A stretch of DNA of 64,000 nucleotides, taken from Lama glama (taxonomy: Eukaryota). Positions 26,017 to 37,259 of the stretch are shown here, one piece after another; positions within the stretch are counted from its first letter, which is position 1, and each line of letters begins with the position of its first letter. Where the stretch lies: the NCBI GenBank assembly GCA_028534125.1, contig CM052818.1, forward strand, positions 33,544,001 through 33,608,000. The letters are read 5' to 3'. The position numbers and the translations under genes are program-made. The notes below the pieces were generated by a model. The model did no database searches, had not been told where the DNA came from, and saw nothing but the letters and a program-made list of their open reading frames with translations.

Positions 26017-27269
26017 ACTTAGAAGATGAAATATTACCATCACTGAGGATATTCAAAGATGGTGCTACTGATTTTTAAGGTATTCCAAAGAACAAGCTTC
26101 AAAATCTTTTTGAGCACAGTTGGAGTACATGTATGGCCTCCCCCAGGGGACTGCTTTAATAGAGACTGGCCTTTCACTGAGACGCCACAGTTCTGCCACC
26201 TAGTTGTTAGACCATAAGCAAGTTCTTACAGTTGGTTTCTCATCTGGAAAATGAAAGGCCCGCCCTAGCTACCTCACCGGATTGTAATGAGATTCAGAGT
26301 GAATCACATCTACAAATATGCTCCGTAAATCAGAAAGTACTATGGAAAAGTGAAAGTCATGTCATTCTGCAGACAGGACTCTGGTAGTCTGAGCATTATG
26401 TCAGAGCAAAGGGCTGGAGAAAGGCCTGTATTTACCATTCCCTTGGCCAGATCCACCTTTTTGTCCAAATAATGACTGATTCATCTGCTTGGTGGATGTG
26501 CCTAAGATTCTACCATCTCACTCACCAACTTATGTGGTGTTAAGAGAGGAAAACCATTGCCTGACTACTGGCTGCAAGGGGCTAGAAAAATATATCCATT
26601 TCAGACATGCTATTTTCTAGGGAAAGCTCAGTAAAGATGGACTGTGGGCACTGCACTCTCGTGCCCAGGACCTGTCACACACTAGCAATGCAAGGGTCTG
26701 TACTAAAACCACCCATTTCAGCCCTTTGCTAGAGAGTCATGACCTTTAAGAAGGAAGCTAAGTGTCTATTGCCACATACTAGTCATTGCAGAGAGGACCA
26801 AACAGAAAATCCCCCCAGCAAACCAAATCTATAGAAACCAAGATTTAGAAACAGACCAGTTAATGTGTCTGTGCTTGAGATGAATGTGGGTGGCTCTTCC
26901 CTTAGAGGTTAGCCTTTACAAACAACTTCACCGTAGGAATTCTTTAACACTTAAGTTCCCGGTACGTTCGTAATTTACCTTTGAAACTCTACAGACTGTT
27001 GAGTGAACATATCTGGGCAGGAAGGAAGCTAAACCTGTTGCCTTGTGCTTGTTGGGAGTGCAGTTTTAGTAACAAAGAACAGTTCCCACTAGGCCAACAT
27101 CAACCTCACTTTTCATACAAAGTGGCAGCTAAAATCAAGAGCTTCTGTATGAATGTAATTGGTTAATTATGATTAAATTATTGGTTAATTATGGGAAGAT
27201 AAGCTGTTGGTTAATTATGGAATTAGAACAGGAAGTGATTTTGCTCAAAATGTGTGCCTATTTAACAAA

Positions 27270-27470
27270 TCTGTAGAGACAGAAAGCAGATTAGTGGTTC
27301 CTGGGCCAGCGGCGAGTAGGGAGGAGTGAGGAGAGACTGTTAATGGGTCTGAGGTTTCTTTTACAGGAGACAAAATTTCCTAAAATTAGATTGTGGTGAC
27401 GGTCGCTCAACCCTGTGAAAATCGTATACTTAAATGGGCAGATTGAATTATATCTCAATCAAACTGAAAA
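27270..27470 (+). mobile_element. L1 3'-end fragment
   Basis: aaatctgtagagacagaaagcagattagtggtt...aaaattagattgtggtga...gaattatatctcaat. Confidence 0.75.
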
Positions 27471-29499
27471 AATCTAACTCCTAATGAATTCTAGATCCGG
27501 GGAAAATACTGTGTCTGTTTAAAAGACAGAAATTAAAATCACATCAAAACTTTGCTGCGCGTGGTTTCATACTTGATCAATATGAAACAGTGATCATTTG
27601 AAATATATTAAGGCAGAAAATATTTGCTTTCTTTCAGTCAGAGTATTTTAAAAGCAATCTATCTCAGCCAAATAATTGAAATTTAAATGTAATAAATTAA
27701 GGCAGCTAATAGTGGAAGCCAGTCATGTACATTTATGACATAATGATCAGTCCATGTTCCCTCTACAGATTTATTTAGAAGAATCAGCTGCACTTACACA
27801 ATAATGATAAGAAAAGTGGATTCTCAGTGTCTATGGTGATGCTCCTAAACTCATCTGGTTACAGGGAAGGCCGGAAGGTTGAGGATGGAAAGGACATGAT
27901 GTCATCCTTATGATGTGAATATGCGCTGATAAGAAAAGAGAGAAATATTCAGATTTGCGCTGTGAAACGGAGCTCTTGTGAAAGCAGCATCCTATCTCGT
28001 GGTATGTTTACAGACTGATGGCTCAGTTTTGTCTGCCCAGGAGAGAACCTTTGCCCTTTCCTGCCTTGGAAGATAGGCCAGGCCACACTAGCTCTAATCT
28101 CCCTGTTAAAGTCCTCGCTCCAGGGCTTGGGGCTTGCCAGCGGCTTGCTGGTGGCCATGGAGAGTGTAGATTGAGGTAAACAGGAAGGGAACTGGCTGGG
28201 AAATGTAGGCATTTCTGGCTCAGTGGAAAGAAAACAGGCAGCTACCAACACCTGCCTAGCAAGCCTTGCAATTTGGCGGTTGCTGGTTAGGGCTTCTTAA
28301 TGCACTGAAAGACCCTGACCGTTCTTTGCAGCAAGAGGCCCTACTCTGGGGTTTCTCACACACCTTTTTTTAAAATTACCACGCACCCACCCATCCACCC
28401 CAAGGAAACTTTTAAGAGATTTTTTTTTCCCAATTGTCTTCTTCTCCCATGAAATTTTAATACCACAGATACCCATTCATAGTCCCTGTCTCTTTGTCTG
28501 TTTACATACTGTGGTCCTTGGGAGAGCCACAAATCACTGTAATATCTATGACTGTTTTTCACCACAACCCACACCCCTACCAATGCAAGAACGAATCTTC
28601 ACCCCAATGCGAAGATACGGTCCCAGTTGAGAACGTGTGCCCTGGATGGAATGAAGGGTCTCGGCAGGGCCTTTCTCCTTCTGCTCACACTTGAGTGAGT
28701 GGTGAGGTCAGTCACACAGAGAAGGCAGACCAGGGGCCCAATGTCCATCACTCACCGAGAGAGACCCTGGCTTCAGGTTCCAGCATGGCTAGAGGAATGT
28801 CCTCCAAAATCACACTGTCCTGCACCATCTGTTCAGCCTGCCTGCCATCCCACAGGCTCTGCCACCACCTCCCCTCCCTGCGGAGAGCCCTCTGCCCAGT
28901 GATGGGAAACAGGGTCCTCCATCAAAGCAGCAGCGCAGATGGAGGTGCAGAGACTTCCCAGCCAGCAGGTCCCTTCCTTCCCGTGCTGTCCTCCAGCCCT
29001 CCCCAGCTCCGGGCCTCTCCCCGTGGCCTCACTCAACGTCCTCCCTCTGTTCCTTCACCCAAATGAAAGCATGAGATTTACCAGGTTTCCCCAGTCTTGC
29101 CCGGCCCTTTCTACTCTTCACTTTACATTTCTCTAAGCTCCTGCTCACACACTCTTTAAAGGCCTCAGAACCCCTGCCCTGACAGAGAAATGGACTTCAG
29201 AGATTCCAGCACAAACAGATGGCCACTGCTGGAACTCCCTGGAGCCTGGCCTCTCTGGTAATCAAGAGCCACAGGACAGGCTTCTGCCCCTCTGTCCCTT
29301 CCTGCCTGTGAGAGCGTCCCTGCATACCCTCATCCTTCTACTCTGAGCCGGGAACAGATAGCCGGTCACATCCCTAGGATCATGACTCTCTTTGTTCCTT
29401 AGAACCCTTCTGCCTTAGATCATGGGCTTTTGTTTCCAAAAACGTTAGCAAATTTAAGGGGTCTCTGAGATGATGCCATCTGGTCTCCCCCACCTTTGT

Positions 29500-29680
29500 T
29501 GAACACCTGCTCTGCTCCAGACACTGTGCTAGGCCTTTTCACATACATTATCCAATTCACTATTTACAATAGCCCTATGAGGTAGGTGCCCATGTTATAG
29601 ATAAATAGTCACACGAGACGCTGAGTCACTTGCCAGAGTGGGGAAATCAAGACTTAAAGTCAGGGCCATCGGCTTCCACA
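29500..29680 (-). mobile_element. MIR
   Basis: ttgaacacctgctctgctccagacactgtgctagg...ccctatgaggtagg. Confidence 0.65.
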
Positions 29681-30749
29681 TCATTTACTACATCGTCCCA
29701 GTGGAGAAGACATGTCCCTACTTGAGAAAAACATTTTTCCCAGCTGAGTACAGAGGGGCTTCACGGTTGGTTTACCATCCTTAAAAGCTGACACAGATAA
29801 CAAAAAGGGCAGCAGGCAGGATTTGACACCAGGTGTGTGTCCTTCTGTGCTCCTTCCCCAAGGTTCCTGACACCATGTCTCCTGCCCATCCATGATTAGC
29901 CCTTTTAAAGACAAAGAATGGCTTGTACACTCTCCCAGGCCCAACCAGATGTTCATGCCTCAGCCTCCTCCCAACAGGAACAAGGCAGAAGCCCCATTCT
30001 TGGACCTGGGAAGCAAGAGCAAAGCAGGACTTGCCACCAAACTGGCCTGAGGGGAAGCCACCTCAGCAGCTCTGCCTGCACAGGGCTGGAAGGTAGCAGG
30101 GACCTTAGTGGGTTTACACTGTTCTCTGTCCCTTTCCTGAGCCCCTTGTAGTATTCTTTTTTATGAAGAAGAAATAGCCCATTGACTTGGGATTTAGTCA
30201 TGTTTCTTCCCATTTGCCTTTTCCCTGGCCTCTGAAACCACGAGCCTGGCTGAGGAATTCAGGTCCACAGTGGAAGCTTTGAAGAGCTTTGTGTGGGGAG
30301 AGGTTTTGCAAAGAAAGGAAAGTGGTATCTACTTGTCAGATGGAATGTGTTAACACATCAGGGAGGAACGCAAGGACTTTAACTGTTATGGTCCCTCGGC
30401 AGTTTGGGTGATGAATCACCCGGTGGCGTGGGTACAGATTCCTAACAAATGAAGCTCCGCAATGACATCAGTCTTGCACGATAAGTCTGGGCTCTGTTGT
30501 AGGCGCCTGACAAGTTCTTACCTTGCGGATTTTCACCACACTGGGTTTTCTTTTTTTCCCCAGCCATGCTTAATTCCCATCGTGCCTTACAAGTCTCCCA
30601 TTTTTCCATCAGCTGGAATCTGGCAAACTAGGACTTGCACAAGTCTGTCTCACTGTCATCCCTCCTACAGGGCATTCTTGGGACGGTGTGTGCTCCTCAC
30701 CTAATCACTCCACACCCATCCTCCTGACAGTCCTGGATTCAGTCAGCAC

Positions 30750-32420
30750 GTATTTTAGCGGCGAGCCTAGCCTTGCAGTATCCTGAGGGTGCAGAAGTGA
30801 CGGAGACCATGCCAGAGGACAGGAGTGTCTAGGAGGGTACCTAACCCAGACTCGTGGAATCAGGGGAAACACAGTGCTTTGAATATAGTGCCAGTCAGCA
30901 AATGTGTGATGACTAAGTTAATACCTGAGTTGAATCTTAGAAGAGGAGTAGGAGTTAGTCTAGGAATGAATTCAAGCTGAGATATCTCCATGAAAACCCA
31001 AGGTTCCATAAGTGAAAAGGAAGAAGAGATGAAACTAGAGAGGTGGGCTAGGGGCCCTCGTGTGCCATGCTAAGGAGCTATAGTTCTATCCTAAGAAAGA
31101 TGAGAAATGTACAGACGGCTTTAGGCAGGGAAGTGAGGTGGCCAGATTTACAGCAGTATAGAGGATGGAGTGGATGGGGCCAGACTAGAGACAGGGAGAC
31201 TAGTTAGGAAGTTAATGTGGTCTTCCAGAGGTGATGGAGCACGAAGGAGGGCAATGGGAGTAGGGATGCGATGAGAGAACAGATTAGAGAAGTGTTTAGA
31301 ATTTAAACTTGCCAACTGGTGATTATCCAGAAGACCCCCGCCCCCAGATTTTCAGTGTGGATGTGCCACAAACTGAAAAGATAAGAAAAGGCCCGTGTTC
31401 AGTCAGAGCTGAGTTCAATTCGGGCATACTGAGTTAGAGTTGCCTGCAAGAGACATGAGCTGGTCAAGCTGACACACAGGTAGTTAAGATACATGAACCC
31501 GAAGATAGAGGAGAGCCTGGGCTAAAGATAATGACCTAGGACTCAGCATATTCACAGCAGTTGAAACTATAACAGCATACTATTTGAGACACCCAGGAAA
31601 TTATGGGGAATAAGGAGGGCAGTGAGCGAAGGACAGAACCTGGAATACCAACATCGATGATGCGGGAGGAGGAAGAGAGAGACCCATGGCAGAGACAAAG
31701 AAGGAAGGTCAGAGAGACACGGGGACCCAGGACAGTCCCTTACTGCTCTGTACTTCTCTCCCCCATTAACCTTCTGGCTGTCCTGTTCCTTATAAGCAAG
31801 CTCTTTTACAGCTTAGCTCCCTATACAGCCCTTGAAGGTGAAAGCTGCTCCTGATCCGAAGGCACATTCATTGTAGCGTCCAGCCATCCTTCCTCTGCCC
31901 TCCTGGAGAGATTCCTGCATCTCTGGGGCACACGCAAATCAGTTATAAAGCCTCAACCTCCTTTCCTGATCATTCTCTGTTTATTTAAGACTTTGACATC
32001 CACTTCACCATTTTTCTCTCCCGTGCCCCTGCCAGGGCTACCACCATGCAGGATGACTTCGGGACCACGAGGATGAACCATCACCAGGTCTCACAGTTCT
32101 ATAGTTCTCATGCCCTCACCTCCAGTGACTCTTCACCTCCACCCCAGCCTCCCACTCCCATGACAACTTCCAGGAAATGGTTAATACCTGGCATGACTTC
32201 AGTTCTGTGGGACTAAATCTCACATCCTCCTCTTTGACCACAACCAGCTCTCTCACCTCCTCTCCTACACTCACTTGTTCTCACTTTCCTTAGTTTCCTC
32301 CATTTTCCTCTGAACTGTTGACCCCCTCCTGACCTCTCTGCCCTCCCTACCCAGGTCAGACTCTTTGGTTCTCTGTCTGGTTTTGCTTTCCTGAAGCCTC
32401 TGCTCCCTTTGTAGCCTCCC
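30750..32420. mobile_element. Degraded L2 LINE fragments (purine-rich antisense block 30750-31720, pyrimidine-rich sense block 31860-32420)
   Basis: tgccatgctaaggagc..tatcctaa..ggccagattta..gagactagttaggaag; ctgagttcaattcgggcatactgagtt; ctttgaccacaaccagctctc. Confidence 0.55.
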
Positions 32421-34309
32421 TCTTCCCCTACACCTGCCCAGGGCGACTGGTTCACATGCTCTGCTCCTGCCCCAAGCACGCAGAGGGAAACGGGACCCCA
32501 TGCAGAGGGCCATCCATGGTCTCCACTCTCACCCCTGTCATTCTTCACTGCTAGAGAAAACATAAGCCCTCCCCATGGGGAAATACAAAGATTTGAGCAG
32601 TAGCCAGAAGACCAGTCTGTCTCCCAAAATAGCTTCTCCACCTGCTCTGTTGCTAGATTTCTACACAGATGTCCTTGGTATAATCTTGACTGCTATTTAC
32701 CACCTTTATTCTTACCTTGGGCAAGTTATTTAACCTCCTCCAATCCTAGTTTGCTCAGTTTTAAAATAAGGATCCCCCTAGGCTTGCTGCCAGCTTCTAT
32801 GGCGCATTGTGCAAGTTAGAAGGCGCCTCTCCGAACAGGCCCCCGGCTTAGGGAGCTGAGCCTGGCCCGCAGACCCACAGTCACCCCCTCACCTGGGCGG
32901 CCTCGTGCAGAGCCACCTTGCAGAACCAGACACTGCAGCCCCAGCTACACCCACCCCCAACAGGGTTCTTGTGAACTAAAGGCGACAACCTGCACAGCAC
33001 CCAGCAGAGAGCACCTGACGATGAGCAGAACCTCAGATAAAAGAACTCACGCGGACCACTTGAACCTGGCTCAACGCGTGGGTGAGATCTGCTAGGGGGC
33101 CCCCTGCAGCTATTTTCAAGCATTTCCTGCCAGCTCCATGAGGTTTATCACGTGCTCCTGCCTCCCATGGACTGGTACCTTCGGTGAGGGAGCAGACCTA
33201 GGTCATAGTTGAGGGTGAGGTGGCAGAGGCTGCCCCCCGACCCCACACCCCAGCTCTGGGTGCTGTCCAGAGGAGTGCCCACTGCTCAGATTCTCCCCTT
33301 GGGGTCCCCTCATCAGCAACTCATAAGTGTCATCCCCACCCCCAGCCCTGCAGTGCCACCCCCTAAACCCCGCCTAGAGAGTTCAGCTTCTCCATCAGTG
33401 TTGCTGCCCTTTCACTTCACTGTCACTCCAGCTGCCCCCACAGGTCCACAAACCAGGACTTCTCAGAGCCCAGGAGTGTGAAGGCCCTCAGGAGAGCCGG
33501 AATTTCAGAATGCCACATCCATTCTCTAAGAGCAGCTCTTCCTTAAGAGGAAATTATTGTGAGAAGACAATGAATAGTAGCCACGTGGATATTTTTTATT
33601 GAAGAAAGATGAATTATGCCATCACCCCTTTTGGCACAAAAATAATTTTCAGTAAAAGGTTAAAACCGTCATGTTGTATCAATGAGAACTATTCCATTAT
33701 TCCAAGAATGATTGATTGGAAAGTGCTTTACTTACAGGAAAATCACAGTGATACAATACAGCTTCCACTTTTAAAGCACTTTCCATTAAAAAAAAATTAT
33801 ACCAATGTATAAAAATAGTTATACTGAAGATGTGAATCAACAGCCGAGTAATTTATTGGCACTTGAAAGCCTTGTGGTATAAATAGATTCAACAATAAGA
33901 CTATCAAGTAACTCTAGGCTGTGGCAACCTAACCTCCATTTTCACTGACACTAAAGAAGGTCCCGAGGTGGTTTAGCGAGGGTCATCTGGCCCCCTTGGG
34001 AGAGATCACTGGAAGAGAGAAACACAATGGAACTAGGACCAGGGGTCAGGTCAACTCAAAGCCCTGGGTGAGGCAGTGGAAGAGACATAGGGGACAGAGA
34101 TGTGGTCTCTGCCCTCAAAGAGTTTCCAGGTTGTCCCAGACTGCAGGCTGTACACAGAATAGTCAGTACAATGCCTGTGTGTCCTAAGAGAAGAACAAAC
34201 AAGTATGAGATATCCGAAGGGAGGGAGACTCTTTTTGCCTGGTGATTTCCTTCCTCCTTTCCTCCCCCACTGCCTGCCTGCCTGCCTCCCACAGTCATTT
34301 ACTGTGAGG

Positions 34310-34500
34310 TGTAACATGAACAGGGTGTGGAATCAACTGGGTCTGGATGCAAATTGCAACTCTGCCGTTTACTAGCTGGGTGACCCTGAACAAATCATTT
34401 AATGTCTTAGCCTCAGTTCTCTCAAGTGTCAGGGGGGTCATTATAAAGGTGAAATGAGGCCAGTCTTGTGAGTGTATTAAAGTGCCTAGCTCTGCTGCTT
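34310..34500 (+). mobile_element. MIR
   Basis: ctctgccgtttactagctgggtgaccctgaacaaatcatttaa..gcctcagtt. Confidence 0.7.
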
Positions 34501-35339
34501 CCTGATGCAGAGCAAACAATAGAAGTTCATGCCCTTACACTTTTCTGTGACAGTTAAGTAGTACTTTGCCACCCTTTCATGCTAAATTTCAAAGAGCTTT
34601 TCCATTGTTGCATGTAATGTGACTTTTAAGATAATATTAACTGGTCTTGGAGCTGATGGCCCCTGTCAGCCAGGGGCCTCCCTACTTCCTTGTATTTTGG
34701 GAATGAGGCCAGACTGCTGTCCTCTCTGTGAGGAAGTATATGGAACACCACCCCCAACCCGACCATCTCACTTCTAGTGAGAAGGTGGAGGCCCGGGCCG
34801 CTGAGAGTCGGTCCATCAGCAGTCATTAACTGAGCATATACCACTTAGAAGGACTGTATAACTGGGGAGTCAGCAGATAGGAAAGAACTAGGCAAGACTG
34901 CTGGCCTCTCAGAAAAGTTTAACACATGGGATTGCCTCAGTCAAGGTTCTTGGCTGAAAATAAAATCGACCAGTTGTGTTACCGGCACTGGATGCCATCA
35001 CAGCACTGCCAACACTGCCACTAACATCCCAGAATTCAGTTTTCCTGCAATCACTGTCACAGCCAGAAAAGGTTCCTCCCAGCCCCCTGGACTTTCAAGA
35101 GGGTATCACTGCCTACTCCTTAGTTGCAAAGGAAATTGCCTCAATGACACAGGGTATTTCCAGATGCAGGCAAGAGGTTCTCTCAATTCAGTTTACCCCA
35201 AAGTATAGTAGATATCCACGTAACTGAATTAAGAAAAAGATGGAAATCATTGAAAGGCTGAAATTGGCCCATTTGCAAATTCACAAAGAGTGACTGATAC
35301 TGATTTTTTTTAACTTCTTTAGTAAAATTTCTTTTATTA

Positions 35340-36290
35340 AAAACTTCTCTTAATATAATTTTTAGTTTTAAAAAGATAAAACCTAGTAAAGTTGCAGTAC
35401 TCCCATTTACACTTCACATAGTTTTTCACCAGCTACTAGCATTTTGCCAATGCTAACAAATTTGCCACTTTGTTTTATTGCTGTCTCTCAAAATACATAA
35501 ATACACTTTTTTTTTTTTTTGCATGACAGTTTGAAAGTAAGCTGCAGACAGGGTAACCTCTTAACACTTCAGGATATATCTCCTAAGAACAAGGACATAA
35601 CAAAACTACAATTACCAAAATCAGGAAACTTAACACTGTGATAATCTTATCTTACATGAACAACTCAATAATGTTCTTTATAATTTTTTTGGTCCAGGAG
35701 CCAATCCAAGATTATGTATCACATTGAATTAAGTCATGTTGCTTTAGTCTCTACTATAAAACAGGTCCTCAGTCTTTTTGTCTTCCTTGATATTGGTATT
35801 TTTGGAAAAGCACAAGCTCATTGTTTTAAACAATTTTTCTGTGTAGGTATGTCTGATGCTTCCCCATGATCCAAATTAGGTTATGCTTTGGGGGCAGGAA
35901 TAGTACACAAGTGACCTTATGTCCTTGTCAAGGACCTACATCAGAGAGCATGTGACATCAGTTTCTCTCATTACTGGTACGCTGATCACTTGGTCAAGGT
36001 GGTGTCCACCAGACTGCTCCACTGAAAGTTACTTTTTTCATTTGTAATTAATAGGTAATCCATGGAGAGATACTTTGAAACTTGTAAATATTTTGCCCTC
36101 ATCAAACACTTATCCAGCAGTTTTAATGCATCCATTGGTAATTCTTGCCTGAATTAGTTATTACTATGATGGTTTCAAAATGGTGATTTTTCAAACTTCT
36201 GTGTTTACTAGTTGGCATTCTACTTTAAGGATGACTTTTGTTTATTTTTTCATTTATTTATTTAATATCAGTATAGACTTATGGATTCTT
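35340..36290 (-). mobile_element. Old L1 (L1MC-like) 3' UTR
   Basis: tttgaaagtaagctgcagaca..tctcctaagaacaaggacat..ttgatcacttggtcaaggtggtgtc-like..ctagttggcattctact. Confidence 0.75.
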
Positions 36291-37259
36291 AATAAATTTT
36301 AATGTAACTGTTAACAACATATCTTTGGAATCCATCCCTTAGATAAGTCAGTTCTCCATTTTGTGGTCAACCTAATTGCAAGCAGATCTCTTTCTTATGT
36401 GAACTTGAACATTAAATCTATACCTCAGTATCTACAAAGGTGAAGAGGAAATGGAAAACTGATCTTTTTATGGGCATTGTTAGCTTGAACACATAGGTGA
36501 TTGAAGTGTTTTGAGTAGCTGTGGCAAAATAGGGTACTCTGGGAAGTCACAGAGGTACAGGGCATCTTAAAGGAAAGAAAGGGGTTTTGCAGACAAGTGA
36601 GAGAGAAGGCAAAGAAGACTGGCACCAACAATGTCTTTCAGACTAGACACAGAGAAAGGGGGACTTGGCAGAACATGGTAAGGATGAGGGAAGGGCGGGG
36701 GTAGAACCCACGATGGAATAAGTGTGCCCAGTCTGTGCAGCAGGTGTGCAGAAGAGCAAGGGAGGGCAAGGGAGTAAGGTGGGAAGGTCAGTGAAGCAGC
36801 AACATATGATAAGAGTTCTAGTCACTGATTTTGGGGAAGGACACTGAGGAACAGGGAATGACAGATTCACAAAGTCCCTATGAGGAAGATGTTAATAGTT
36901 TCATTTTACTTATAAGAAATTCAGGTTAATCTTCCTATGTCCCAAAGCTACTAAGTGGCAAAGCCAAGATGCAAATACAAATTCTTCTGACTTCAAAGCC
37001 CACACTGTCAAAGGAAAGAGAACCATTTACAGTGGATGAACAGAGGTAGAATTAGGGCTCTCAATATAAAGACAAATAGGCTCCTATAGGCCAATCTTAA
37101 CACTCAATTGAGCCTGGCCCAGAGTGTCTCCGTAATTAGCCCAACCATGCTCTTTAGGGGAAATCAGTAGTAAGCCCAACGTGCTTAGGAAATATTGCCA
37201 AAGTTTTATACTTTATGCTCCTGCATGTCTCAATGCCCCGGCCCCACCCTGGCCTTCTT

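Noticed and set aside
27159..27219. Repeat-spacer-repeat pattern reminiscent of CRISPR
   Set aside because: Mammalian intron, 13-bp repeats with 9-13 bp spacers are far too short, and there are no cas genes.
28695..29136. Cluster of 65-123 aa ORFs in a C-rich region; also 32213-32641 and 63055-63984
   Set aside because: Composition-driven chance ORFs with no domain, exon structure or retrocopy hallmarks that I can recognise.
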